From: Candidatus Eiseniibacteriota bacterium
Lineage (GTDB): Bacteria > Eisenbacteria > RBG-16-71-46 > CAZAMP01
Direction of reading: 5' to 3'
Length of the DNA: 64,000 bases
Assembly (NCBI GenBank): GCA_965224245.1
Contig: CBDCYW010000010.1
Span: forward strand, 9,617-73,616
Made by a program: the position numbers and the translations under genes. The notes under the pieces are model-generated. The model saw only the letters and a program-made list of their open reading frames with translations, was not told where the DNA came from and ran no database searches. The number at the start of each line of letters is the position of its first letter. Within the stretch, counting starts at the first letter, position 1. Positions 20,968 to 32,295 of this stretch are shown in pieces.

Positions 20968-21073
20968 CCGTGCATCATCGACGGCACGACGGGCATGCGC
21001 CATCGCTCTTCGCGGGCAAGGGCATGCCCGGTGCGTGGTCGGCTCCACTCAGTCACCGGAACGGAGGTTCCCG

Positions 21074-21775
21074 ATGAAACGCCTGCGCGTAGCTCTCATA
21101 CTCTGTTGCCTCGGAACCTCCTCATCCGCCGCCGTGCTCGTCGATGGCGATGAAGACTGGCGAGGCCACTTTGCGCTGTCGCAGCCGGTCAATGGCAACG
21201 TCTATACCATCATCCAGTTCGACTCCGACCTGATCATCGGCGGCAGCTTCCGAATCGGTGGCGCGCCGATCGTGCGCTGGAACGGGACCGAGTGGGAGCC
21301 GATGGGGACAGGCTTCGGGTCCAGCTCCTCTGTCGTTCACGACGCGATTGTCTACGACGGTGACCTGGTCGTGACCGGCAATGTGGGGATTCTCCATCGG
21401 TGGGTTGACGACCACTGGGAGGTCTTCAACGGTGGCTTCGCCGGTGGCAGTGTGGGCCACGTCCTCCTTGAGCAGGACGGCAATCTGTTCATCGGAGGTG
21501 AGTTTAGTGGGGTCAATGGAGTCAGTGCCAGCAGGGTCGCGTTCTGGGATGGAGCCGAATGGCACCCCATGGGCGCGGGTTTCAACAACGAAGTGTCCGC
21601 GATGGCCATGCATGATGGGGTTCTTTACGCGGGTGGGAGCTTCAGCCAGAGCGGCACGACGCCGACGGAGCACATCGCTCGATGGAATGGCAGTAGCTGG
21701 GAGGATGTTGCCGGCGGGATGAACAACTGGGTTGGTGCGCTGATCACCTATGATTCGCTTCTGTTGGCTGGCGGG
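21074..21775 (+). pseudogene. Secreted beta-propeller protein truncated by IS3 copy B
   Basis: Signal peptide and WNG/WDG repeats; frame runs into the IS end at 21776 and does not resume after the IS. Confidence 0.8.
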
Positions 21776-22216
21776 TGTTCGTCGTCAGAGCCTTTGGGAC
21801 ACTTCGCGGCTCATCGCTATGGACACGTCCCTCACGTCGGCTGGCCGGATGACGTCCTTTCTCGTGACCGGCAAGCCTGATTGTAGCGCCTCCTGCGTCG
21901 CAGGGTCTCTCGCTTCACGAGCGCCCTGGCTGAACGGATCTCACGCCCTCGGCCCTCGTACACGTCCGCCGGCGTGAGGTTGTCGAGCGCCTCGTGGACG
22001 CGCTCGTGGTTGTAGTGCTCGACGAACCGACCGATCTCCTCTGACAACTCCGCGGGCTGGTAGTAGTTGCGGAGCGTCACCACGTTCTTCATCGTGCGGT
22101 GGTACCGCTCGATCGTAAGCGGTCAGTCCTCGGAGCATTCCCGTGCCTCGAGATCTGAGATAGAACACAAGCGCGCCAACGACGGCGCGTGACTTCGTTC
22201 ATCTCGATCGAAAGGC

Positions 22217-22516
22217 ATGACGATGACGACCCTCAACCCCGGCCGGGTCCGCCGCACCGAGACGCAGTGGCGTCAGATCTTGCGTCAGTACGAGCGCAGC
22301 GGCCTGAGCGCGGCCGCGTTCTGCCGCCGCCAGTCGCTCACACTGTCGAGCTTGCGTCGCTGGCAGAAGAAGCTCGGCGCCGAGAGCCCCTCGATCACTC
22401 CGCCCTCGGATGACACCCGGGAGTTCGTCGAGGTCGCGATGTCCGAGTCGCCGTCGGCGTTCTGGGCGATCGAGATCGAGATGCCCGATGGTCGCGTCCT
22501 CCGCATGCGCGGGTAG
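22217..22516 (+). CDS. tnpA: IS66 accessory protein TnpA
   Basis: WRQI...SGLSAAAFCRRQSL HTH. Confidence 0.85.
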   Translation: MTMTTLNPGRVRRTETQWRQILRQYERSGLSAAAFCRRQSLTLSSLRRWQKKLGAESPSITPPSDDTREFVEVAMSESPSAFWAIEIEMPDGRVLRMRG

Positions 22517-22519
22517 TCG

Positions 22520-22846
22520 ATGTTCGCGCCGTCGGGCGTCCGTCGGATCCTCGCCTATCGCGAGCCGGTCGACATGCGAAAGAGCTTCGATGGGCTCGTC
22601 GCGATCGTGAAGAACGTGCTCGTCGAGGACCCGCTCTCGCACACTCTGTACATCTTCGTGAACCGACGCGGCAACTACCTGAAGCTGGTGTACTGGGATC
22701 GGACGGGCTTCTGCCTGTTCGCCAAGCGTCTCGAGCAGGGCCGGTTCGCGATCCCGGGCACCTCTCGCACCGAGGAGCTGAGCGAGCAGACGCTTCGGTT
22801 GGTGCTCGACGGAATCTCGCTTGGAAGGAGCACGCGCATACGGTAG
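22520..22846 (+). CDS. tnpB: IS66 accessory protein TnpB
   Basis: PVDMRKSFDGL, KLVYWDRTGF, KRLEQGRF. Confidence 0.92.
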   Translation: MFAPSGVRRILAYREPVDMRKSFDGLVAIVKNVLVEDPLSHTLYIFVNRRGNYLKLVYWDRTGFCLFAKRLEQGRFAIPGTSRTEELSEQTLRLVLDGISLGRSTRIR

Positions 22847-22855
22847 AAACGACCC

Positions 22856-24421
22856 ATGACGTACACCGAACGCGCGGCCGCGATGAGCCGAGACGAGATG
22901 GCCGAGATCTTGATCAAGTACGACGAGATGGCGCGGCAGCTGGCGTTCTTCAAGAAGCAGCTCTTCGGTCCGAAGTCGGAACGTCGGGTCATTGATCCCT
23001 CAGGCGACCAGCTGTGGATCGGTGAGACCGAGGGTGCCGGTGAGCCCGATGCGCCGGCTCCGACGGTGACGGTCGCCGAGCACGAACGGCGGCGGCGTCC
23101 GCGCCGCGCGGTCGGCGGCGACGAGCCCGTTCGCTTCGATCCGTCGGTTCCCGTGGAGACGATCGAGGTCACCAACCTCGACGTTCCCGAGAGCGAGCGC
23201 GACCAGTACGTCGTTGTGAGCCGGAAGATCACCGAGCGGCTGGCGCAGCGCCCGGGTCCGTACGTGGTGCTTCGCTACGTGCGCACGGTGCTCAAGCGCA
23301 AGTCCGACGGCATGTTCTCGTGTCCGCCGGCCCCGGAGTCGGTGCTCGAGAAGAGCATGGCCGACGTCAGCTTCCTGGCCGGGCTGGTGATCGACAAGCT
23401 GAGCTACCACCTTCCGCTCCATCGCCAGCATCAGCGTCTCGCCGCCGCCGGCGTTCGGATCGGACGCTCGACGCTGACCGGCTACTTCCAGCGCGTCGCG
23501 GACCTTCTGGATCCGATCTACCACGCCCAGCTGGGCTCGATCCTCCACAGCAAGGTCCTGGCGATGGACGAGACGCCGATCAAGGCGGGCCCGAAGAAGA
23601 ACAAGCCGCCGGGCACGCGCGGGGCGATGCACACGGGGTACTTCTGGCCGCTGTACGGCGATCACGACGAGGTGGCGTTCCCGTTCGCTGCGACGCGCGC
23701 GCACGCGGTGGTGGCCAAGACGCTCGGGGAGTACGCGGGCACGTTGCTGACCGACGGATACGAGGCGTACGAGAAGTACGCGGCCACGCTCGCGGGGGTC
23801 GTGCACGCGCAGTGCTGGGGCCACGTGCGCCGACACCTGGTGGCGGCCGAGTCGTCGGAGCCGGCGCTGGCGGCCGAGGCGCTGGATCGCATCGGCACGC
23901 TCTACGAACTCGAGGCGGAACATCGAACCGCCTCGATGACGCCCCAGGAGATCCTGGCGCATCGCCGCACGCACAGCCGCCCGGTGGTCGATGCGTTCTT
24001 CGCCTGGCTCGAACAGGTTCGCGTCGAGCATCTGCTCTTGCCGTCGAGCCCGTTCACCAAGGCGATCGACTACGCACTCGGGCGCGAGAAGGCGCTTCGT
24101 GTGTTCCTGGATGATCCGGCGGTCGCGCCGGACACCAACCACCTCGAGCGGGCGATCCGTCCCGTTGCCGTGGGACGACGGAACTGGCTCTTCTGCTCGA
24201 CCGAGGCCGGTGCGCATCAGCTCGGCGCTCTCCAGAGTCTCCTCGTCACGTGCCGACTGCACGGAGTCGATCCGTACACGTACCTCGTCGACGTGCTTCA
24301 GCGCGTGCACGTGCATCCGGCGAAGCGGGTGCACGAGCTGACGCCGCGGCGGTGGAAGGACCTGTTCGCCGACGACCCGATGCGATCGGATCTCGATCGG
24401 GCGACGGCGCGGCCTTCCTGA
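22856..24421 (+). CDS. tnpC: IS66 DDE transposase TnpC
   Basis: FGPKSE, HLPLHRQ, MDETP, TDGY, CWGHVRR, DTNHLERAIR. Confidence 0.95.
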   Translation: MTYTERAAAMSRDEMAEILIKYDEMARQLAFFKKQLFGPKSERRVIDPSGDQLWIGETEGAGEPDAPAPTVTVAEHERRRRPRRAVGGDEPVRFDPSVPVETIEVTNLDVPESERDQYVVVSRKITERLAQRPGPYVVLRYVRTVLKRKSDGMFSCPPAPESVLEKSMADVSFLAGLVIDKLSYHLPLHRQHQRLAAAGVRIGRSTLTGYFQRVADLLDPIYHAQLGSILHSKVLAMDETPIKAGPKKNKPPGTRGAMHTGYFWPLYGDHDEVAFPFAATRAHAVVAKTLGEYAGTLLTDGYEAYEKYAATLAGVVHAQCWGHVRRHLVAAESSEPALAAEALDRIGTLYELEAEHRTASMTPQEILAHRRTHSRPVVDAFFAWLEQVRVEHLLLPSSPFTKAIDYALGREKALRVFLDDPAVAPDTNHLERAIRPVAVGRRNWLFCSTEAGAHQLGALQSLLVTCRLHGVDPYTYLVDVLQRVHVHPAKRVHELTPRRWKDLFADDPMRSDLDRATARPS

Positions 24422-25920
24422 TCCTACCGGTTCTACATCATGCCGCGGTGAAGAGGGAATGCGCCGTTCGCTGACCGCTTACGCTCGATCTTGCCCTGCG
24501 TCATCGGGTGGTAGGGTCGACCCCGCGTGTGCGGGATCTCCCGCTCCTGGAGGTACTCCCGGAGCTGTCCCGAGACGTAGCAGGGACCGTTGTCGGTGAG
24601 GAGCCGCGGCCGCTGTCGCACGTGGGGCCGGGTGACCCCGGTGCGGGCGATGGCCTGCTCGAGCACCCGCTCCACGTCATCGGTCGCCATTTGCCGACAG
24701 AGCAGCCAGGCGATGATGAACCGGCTGTAGTCGTCGAGCACCGTGGCCAGGTAGTACCAGCCCCAGGCCGTCACCCGGAGGTAGGTGAAGTCCGTCTGCC
24801 AGAGCTCGTGCACACGCCGCGTCGGGTTCGGGAACGTCTCGTGCGCCGTCAGCACCATGAACGACGGGCTCGTCACCAGGTCCTGGGCCTTCAGGATGCG
24901 ATACACGCTCGATTCCGAGATGTACGTCCCATCCACGTCCGTGAGCCGCCAGGCGAGCTCCCGGGGTGACAGATCGGGGTGTTCGAGCGCCACCTCGACC
25001 ACGTGCTGCCGCTCTTCGTCGGGGATGCGGTTCCAGAACCGACGAGCCGCCGGCTTGACGCCCTCCAGCGCCTCGATCCCACCCTCCTGATACAGCCGGT
25101 ACCAGCGGTAGAACGTGCTCGGGGCCACGTCCAGCTCTCGCAGCGTCTGCCGCACACCCAGCTCGGAGCCCTCGACCAGGCGGATGATCTCGAGCTTCTC
25201 GGACGCCGTGTGCCTCATCCCACGTCCGACTCGTCGGATAGAGTCGCCCTTTTTTTCAGCATTGCATTGCGCACCGACAGATCTGCGACCACGTCCCGGA
25301 GCTGACGGATCTGCTCTCGAAGCTCCATCACCTCCGTGCTCGACGCCTCTCGCTTCGTGTTCCCCTGCAGACGCCGCTTCCCGGCCTCCAGGAACTCCTT
25401 GCTCCAGTTGTAGTAGAGGTTCGGGCTGATCCCTTCACGACGGCACAGCTCCGCGATCGTCTCCTCACCCCGGAGACCTTCCAGAACGATCCGGATCTTC
25501 TCTTCCGATGAGAACTTACGGCGGGTCTTGCGGCGGATCTCACGAACCGCCGACTCCGGGCCAGTCTTCTTCGACATCAGGTCCGCTCCTTGGATGACGA
25601 TTCAAAGAATACATCCCAGAAGTGACCATTGCGATTAAGCTTGATTGTGTCCCATCAGCTCTGACGCCGAACAGCGTCATGCGAAGAACGCCGTTGCGGG
25701 ACGGTGTCGCATGAGATGTTCGTGTGGGTACGTCGATCAAATCAGACTGCCTTTACATGGCGGCGGTCGAGCCGTTCACCACCGTGACCGTCGCCGTCGC
25801 TCTCGCGAGTCAGTCGTGCGGAGGCGCATCGGTGTTCACCAGATCCTGCGGAAGATAGGCTCGCTCGGTAGCGATGGCAATGATGCGTTTGCATCATTCG
25901 CGACCGCAACGCCGAGACGT

Positions 25921-28288
25921 GTAAGCGGTCAGCGAACGGCGCATTCCCTCTTCACCGCGGCATGATGTAGAACCGGTAGGATCAGGAAGGCCGCGCCGTC
26001 GCCCGATCGAGATCCGATCGCATCGGGTCGTCGGCGAACAGGTCCTTCCACCGCCGCGGCGTCAGCTCGTGCACCCGCTTCGCCGGATGCACGTGCACGC
26101 GCTGAAGCACGTCGACGAGGTACGTGTACGGATCGACTCCGTGCAGTCGGCACGTGACGAGGAGACTCTGGAGAGCGCCGAGCTGATGCGCACCGGCCTC
26201 GGTCGAGCAGAAGAGCCAGTTCCGTCGTCCCACGGCAACGGGACGGATCGCCCGCTCGAGGTGGTTGGTGTCCGGCGCGACCGCCGGATCATCCAGGAAC
26301 ACACGAAGCGCCTTCTCGCGCCCGAGTGCGTAGTCGATCGCCTTGGTGAACGGGCTCGACGGCAAGAGCAGATGCTCGACGCGAACCTGTTCGAGCCAGG
26401 CGAAGAACGCATCGACCACCGGGCGGCTGTGCGTGCGGCGATGCGCCAGGATCTCCTGGGGCGTCATCGAGGCGGTTCGATGTTCCGCCTCGAGTTCGTA
26501 GAGCGTGCCGATGCGATCCAGCGCCTCGGCCGCCAGCGCCGGCTCCGACGACTCGGCCGCCACCAGGTGTCGGCGCACGTGGCCCCAGCACTGCGCGTGC
26601 ACGACCCCCGCGAGCGTGGCCGCGTACTTCTCGTACGCCTCGTATCCGTCGGTCAGCAACGTGCCCGCGTACTCCCCGAGCGTCTTGGCCACCACCGCGT
26701 GCGCGCGCGTCGCAGCGAACGGGAACGCCACCTCGTCGTGATCGCCGTACAGCGGCCAGAAGTACCCCGTGTGCATCGCCCCGCGCGTGCCCGGCGGCTT
26801 GTTCTTCTTCGGGCCCGCCTTGATCGGCGTCTCGTCCATCGCCAGGACCTTGCTGTGGAGGATCGAGCCCAGCTGGGCGTGGTAGATCGGATCCAGAAGG
26901 TCCGCGACGCGCTGGAAGTAGCCGGTCAGCGTCGAGCGTCCGATCCGAACGCCGGCGGCGGCGAGACGCTGATGCTGGCGATGGAGCGGAAGGTGGTAGC
27001 TCAGCTTGTCGATCACCAGCCCGGCCAGGAAGCTGACGTCGGCCATGCTCTTCTCGAGCACCGACTCCGGGGCCGGCGGACACGAGAACATGCCGTCGGA
27101 CTTGCGCTTGAGCACCGTGCGCACGTAGCGAAGCACCACGTACGGACCCGGGCGCTGCGCCAGCCGCTCGGTGATCTTCCGGCTCACAACGACGTACTGG
27201 TCGCGCTCGCTCTCGGGAACGTCGAGGTTGGTGACCTCGATCGTCTCCACGGGAACCGACGGATCGAAGCGAACGGGCTCGTCGCCGCCGACCGCGCGGC
27301 GCGGACGCCGCCGCCGTTCGTGCTCGGCGACCGTCACCGTCGGAGCCGGCGCATCGGGCTCACCGGCACCCTCGGTCTCACCGATCCACAGCTGGTCGCC
27401 TGAGGGATCAATGACCCGACGTTCCGACTTCGGACCGAAGAGCTGCTTCTTGAAGAACGCCAGCTGCCGCGCCATCTCGTCGTACTTGATCAAGATCTCG
27501 GCCATCTCGTCTCGGCTCATCGCGGCCGCGCGTTCGGTGTACGTCATGGGTCGTTTCTACCGTATGCGCGTGCTCCTTCCAAGCGAGATTCCGTCGAGCA
27601 CCAACCGAAGCGTCTGCTCGCTCAGCTCCTCGGTGCGAGAGGTGCCCGGGATCGCGAACCGGCCCTGCTCGAGACGCTTGGCGAACAGGCAGAAGCCCGT
27701 CCGATCCCAGTACACCAGCTTCAGGTAGTTGCCGCGTCGGTTCACGAAGATGTACAGAGTGTGCGAGAGCGGGTCCTCGACGAGCACGTTCTTCACGATC
27801 GCGACGAGCCCATCGAAGCTCTTTCGCATGTCGACCGGCTCGCGATAGGCGAGGATCCGACGGACGCCCGACGGCGCGAACATCGACTACCCGCGCATGC
27901 GGAGGACGCGACCATCGGGCATCTCGATCTCGATCGCCCAGAACGCCGACGGCGACTCGGACATCGCGACCTCGACGAACTCCCGGGTGTCATCCGAGGG
28001 CGGAGTGATCGAGGGGCTCTCGGCGCCGAGCTTCTTCTGCCAGCGACGCAAGCTCGACAGTGTGAGCGACTGGCGGCGGCAGAACGCGGCCGCGCTCAGG
28101 CCGCTGCGCTCGTACTGACGCAAGATCTGACGCCACTGCGTCTCGGTGCGGCGGACCCGGCCGGGGTTGAGGGTCGTCATCGTCATGCCTTTCGATCGAG
28201 ATGAACGAAGTCACGCGCCGTCGTTGGCGCGCTTGTGTTCTATCTCAGATCTCGAGGCACGGGAATGCTCCGAGGACTGACCGCTTAC
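25921..28288 (-). mobile_element. IS66-family element, copy 2, inverted relative to copy 1 (tnpC 25982-27547, tnpB 27557-27883, tnpA 27887-28186)
   Basis: Same TIRs, same 2368-bp length and identical translations; GAGACGT (7 bp) on both flanks. Confidence 0.96.
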
Positions 28289-28609
28289 GAGACGTGGCAC
28301 GAATCGTAGGATCACATGACCGCAATCGTTGCGCCCGCGAGCTCTCTATCCAGCCGTGTCCGATCGAGTCATCGACGAACGTATGGCGAGAGTGAGGCTT
28401 CAGAAGTGTAACTTTCGCGGGAAAGAGCCCCGTGGGTCAAGAATGTCGTGCGCCGTGAAATGGCGGCGACATCCAGCGGGTGAGACTCCCGCCCGGCAAC
28501 GGGTCGCTGCAGCCGGAAGCAGTCGAGCGGCGGCTCACGCTGCGTGCGATGTGCCGGGAGCTGGAGACGGAGTCAATCGACCACCGCGCCAGCCCCCGAT
28601 CCGACCCGG

Positions 28610-29704
28610 CTACCGAAAGCTTGTCTTGATCGATCCCCAGGACCGACGCTGGACAGGCACCGACGTGCAACCGACTCCGCAGCAGCCGATCAGAACGCCG
28701 CACGGATTGTGGTCAGGAAGACAAGCGGAGTCCTCCGAGACCTCGTAATCCCCGTCGGCGGTGGGTGCGTCCATGCAGCTCACTGGCTGACAGAATTCGG
28801 GGTCCGCACTGACGACGTTCAATAGCTCGATAGAGCCGCCCCCGTCCAGCCGACCTACGTCCACGATGGAACACTCGAACTCCGTGAGGAGAGTTCCAGA
28901 AAAGAACCCGTCGGGCCCAACGGGTGAGCAATTGCTCCAGAGCGCGGCGGCGCGAAAGGTAGTGCCGCTCGATGAATGGACTCCGCCACCTTCAGACTCG
29001 CCCCAGTTCCCGACAACCGTCGAGCGATCGATCAGTAGCGGGGCGGACGACTCGATGCCTCCACCGATCTGCGCACGATTGCCCGCGACTAGACAGTCGG
29101 ACATCCAGATTCCTCCGGAGTCACTGATCCCGCCGCCCGCCCAAGCGCTGTTCGCAAGCACTTGGCACTCCATTACGATGGGGGCGTCGAATGTATCTGT
29201 CTTCCCGAGGACTCTTAGCCCACCCCCCGATCCCTCGGAATGATTGGCGACGATCCGACACCGAATGAGTTGCGGTGCGCTCCGAACGGTGAGAATGCCG
29301 CCGCCGCCCAGATCGTCGGTGACGTAGCCGTGGGTGATGGTGATCGACTCCAGGATCGAGAAGCCGCCCTCTTCACTTTGGAGGATAAAGCCGCGGTGCG
29401 GCTCGGACTCGCTTCCACCACAGTCGATCACACAAGCCGACGCATCGCCGCTCGCGGAGTAAACGCGCACACCCTTTCCCAGGAAGTCGATGTCCCGATT
29501 GCCGGGACCACTAAAGGTCCCGTCACCAAGCTCGATCTCGTCGCCGTCGCTCGCCGCGACGATTGCATCAACAATAGTGGGGACGTCGCCGCTACCGTCT
29601 GCCTCGACGCGGATTGTCGTCGCGCCTGTGCCTCCGTTGCAAACCAGCAATATCATGACCGCAAGGCCCATACGCGCCAAGTCGTCTCGAACCGATTGAA
29701 TCAT
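28610..29704 (-). CDS. Secreted right-handed beta-helix protein with SWGSIKTSFR C-terminal motif
   Basis: Signal peptide, DVPTIVDAI, GNRDIDFLGK, GGG-xx-N repeats, terminal PVQRRSWGSIKTSFR. Confidence 0.8.
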   Translation of the reverse strand: MIQSVRDDLARMGLAVMILLVCNGGTGATTIRVEADGSGDVPTIVDAIVAASDGDEIELGDGTFSGPGNRDIDFLGKGVRVYSASGDASACVIDCGGSESEPHRGFILQSEEGGFSILESITITHGYVTDDLGGGGILTVRSAPQLIRCRIVANHSEGSGGGLRVLGKTDTFDAPIVMECQVLANSAWAGGGISDSGGIWMSDCLVAGNRAQIGGGIESSAPLLIDRSTVVGNWGESEGGGVHSSSGTTFRAAALWSNCSPVGPDGFFSGTLLTEFECSIVDVGRLDGGGSIELLNVVSADPEFCQPVSCMDAPTADGDYEVSEDSACLPDHNPCGVLIGCCGVGCTSVPVQRRSWGSIKTSFR

Positions 29705-31046
29705 GGTACTACCACGGTTCGAGCGACTAGAGAGCCAGCTGACGTCTCCAGCCTAACAAAGTACACGCCGGGAGACAGACGCGCGGCACCGTTTCGGCTT
29801 CTCCACGCAAACGAATGCCGCCCAGCTGGCAGGTCTCCATGAACTAGGTCACCGACCCTACGTCCGAGGACATCGTAGACGGTGAGCTGCACCAGGTCCG
29901 AGGAGCCTAGCTCGATTTGCGCGGAGAGTGGATCTTGGCTGACCGATGCAACGAATAGTGCCGGTGCGCCTTCGGAAACCTCGATTGAGGGCGTTCCGAT
30001 CAGCGATGGCCCGACAACAGTGTACGCGAAAACGACTTCGCTCGGATCGCAAGGTACCCAATCATGGGGCGGCGGGCCGATGGTGCAGTCTGAACCGGCG
30101 GGTGATACACGATAGACGTATGTTTCAAGGGTACATCCAGTTGTCGTGATTGATCCGGCAACTGGTTGGCACCAACCCATTCCCCAGTTCACGTAGTACG
30201 GAATCGTCAACCGACTGAAGGATGGTGGGATCTCCTCAAGCGCGTATCCGGTTGTGTTCACGCCGCGCCCCCACACGTGGGGAGGCACGGAGTAGGTCTT
30301 AGAGAACGTGACGTCCTTCGTCACGCGATGCCGCGTCGCGGAGTACACACCCTCGAAGTCGCCGGCGGCGAAGAGGATAGCCTCCAGGCAGTCACTCGAA
30401 GCTCCCTCGACTCCTCCTGGGCCTGCTGTCTCCTGCGCGAAACCAGGTTGCTCCAGCAGCGTTAGAGCGCGCCAGATGTTCAATCTTCCGGTTCCGGTTT
30501 TGTCGTCCCACCCTTCCTCCTCGACATCGTCGGTGGACGACTTCAGAAGACCTTCGACATCGTCATTGTCCAGGTTGATCTCCAGCTCGGACGCGCGCGC
30601 CAGCAAGAGCGCTCCCGCTCCTGTCACCTGGGCGGTTGCGAACGACGTACCATTCTCGTATGCGTAGTCGCCCGGCGCCTCTGGTTTGCACAGGTAGACG
30701 TCCTTCGCGCCTGCAGCGAGGTCGACGTGCTGTCCCCTGGTAGCAGTAAACGCACCCTGTACCCAGCGGTCCTGCGCGTCCGTCCCTCCTACGGCGATGA
30801 TTCCCTGCCCGAACGCAGCGGGGTATTGCACTGCCGTCGCATCCGGTACGCCATTCCCCATTGGAGCGTTGGCAGCCACATTGCTGACGTACACGTCGCG
30901 AAACGTAAGGCGAAGAAGAAACGAGAAGCGAGGCTGCGAGATCCCCTGCGTTATTCGCCAGCTTGTGTTGAGGATATCGATACCTGAACTCAGTGCATCG
31001 TAGATGACCTGAGATCGTTGTGGGTCACCCTCCTCGCCTGAGGTTC
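29701..31046 (-). pseudogene. S8 subtilisin-like protease with FlgD-like C-terminal domain, 5' part lost at IS3 copy C
   Basis: APMGN, YPAA and GTSFATAQVTG are present; Asp and His motifs are absent; frame ends at the IS boundary. Confidence 0.82.
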
Positions 31047-32295
31047 TGGAGTTGACCCGCTTCCGTGGACGGTTTTCAACTAGGGATCGCCTCCCGGCTC
31101 TCCCGTTCGAAGCGTGACGGTGAGCGATACCCGAGCGCCGAGTGTCGACGATGTCGATTGTACCACCCCTCGATGAACTGGAAGAGCTCGCGGCGCGCAT
31201 CGGTCCGGTTGCGGAAGGTCGTCCGCTCCAGGAGCTCACACTCCAGCGTGGCAAAGAAGCTCTCACACATGGCGTTGTCGTAGCAGTCCCCGACCGATCC
31301 CATCGACGGCCGAACGCCGGCCTCGCGGCACCGCCGCCCGAAGGCGTAGGACGTGTACTGACACCCCTGATCGGAGTGATGGATCACGTTCTCTGGCCGC
31401 CGCCGGTGAAGCGCCATTTCGAGCGCCTCGAGCACGAGTTCGGTGCGGAGATGGTTAGCCATCGCCCAGCCCACGATCCGGCGACTCCAGGCGTCGAGAA
31501 CCACGGCCAGGAACAGGAAGCCGGCCCACGTGGGGATGTACGTGATGTCCGCCACCCAGAGCTCGTCCGGTCCGGTCGCCTCGAACCTGCGCTGCACCAG
31601 ATCGAGCGATGGCGACCCGTCGCCGCGCACCGTCGTCCGACGTCGTGCCCGCCGGCTCACGCCTCGCAGGCCCTTCACCAGCATCAGTCGACGGATGCGC
31701 TTGCGGCCCACGGCACGACCATTGTCGGTGAGCTCGGCATGGATGCGGGGAACGCCGTAGGTTCCTTTCGACATCGTGTGAACGGCCTCGATCTCCGCCA
31801 GGAGTTCTTGATCTTCGAGCGACCGACGACTCGGCGACCGCTTCTTCCACGCGTAGTACCCGCTGGTGGAGACTTCCAGCACCCGACACATCGTGGCCAC
31901 CGCATGATCGGCCCGGTTCGCCTTCACGAACGTGAACGCTTCGACGGGTTCGACTCGGTCTCCCGAGCGAACCAGGCCGCGGCTTTTTTTAGGATCTCTC
32001 GCTCTTCGCGAAGCTCACGGTTCTCGCGGCGCAAGCGAGAGAGCTCTTCGCGCTCCTCGGACGTCAGGCCGTCGTGGCGACGACCCTCGTCGAGGTCGGC
32101 CTGCTTGGCCCAGTTCCGGATGGCCGCCGCGGAGGGCTCATACTCCTCCGCCAGCGACTCGGGACTCCGCCCCGATCGGACGAGTGCGACCATCTGCTCG
32201 CGGAACTCTGGCGGGTACGATCGACGGGATCTTGGCATCGGGACCTCCTGGCCACATTGTAGTGGTTCGGTGTCCACGAAACCGGGTCAACTCCA
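31047..32295 (-). mobile_element. IS3-family element C, a different IS from A/B (orfA 31924-32238, orfB 31076-31927)
   Basis: TIR TGGAGTTGACCCG; WVADITY, HSDQG, DNAMCESFF; A7G slippery run at about 31983-31990; no target duplication. Confidence 0.95.

Larger units (their letters stand above)
22115..24482 (+). mobile_element. IS66-family element, copy 1
   Basis: TIR GTAAGCGGTCAG; 8-bp duplication GCTCGATC (22107-22114, 24483-24490); tnpA-tnpB-tnpC layout. Confidence 0.96.
21776..25673 (-). mobile_element. IS3-family element, copy B (isoform of A), orfB split by IS66
   Basis: Same TIRs as copy A; orfA 25215-25577; orfB broken at GKIER; flanks CTGGCGGG and GCGTCATG do not match. Confidence 0.92.

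Noticed and set aside
22520-22846. TnpB as an RNA-guided nuclease
   Set aside because: This is the 108-aa IS66 accessory TnpB, unrelated to IS200/IS605 TnpB.
23000-24334. 444-aa ORF and its twin at 26069-27403
   Set aside because: Antisense shadows of IS66 tnpC in GC-rich DNA.
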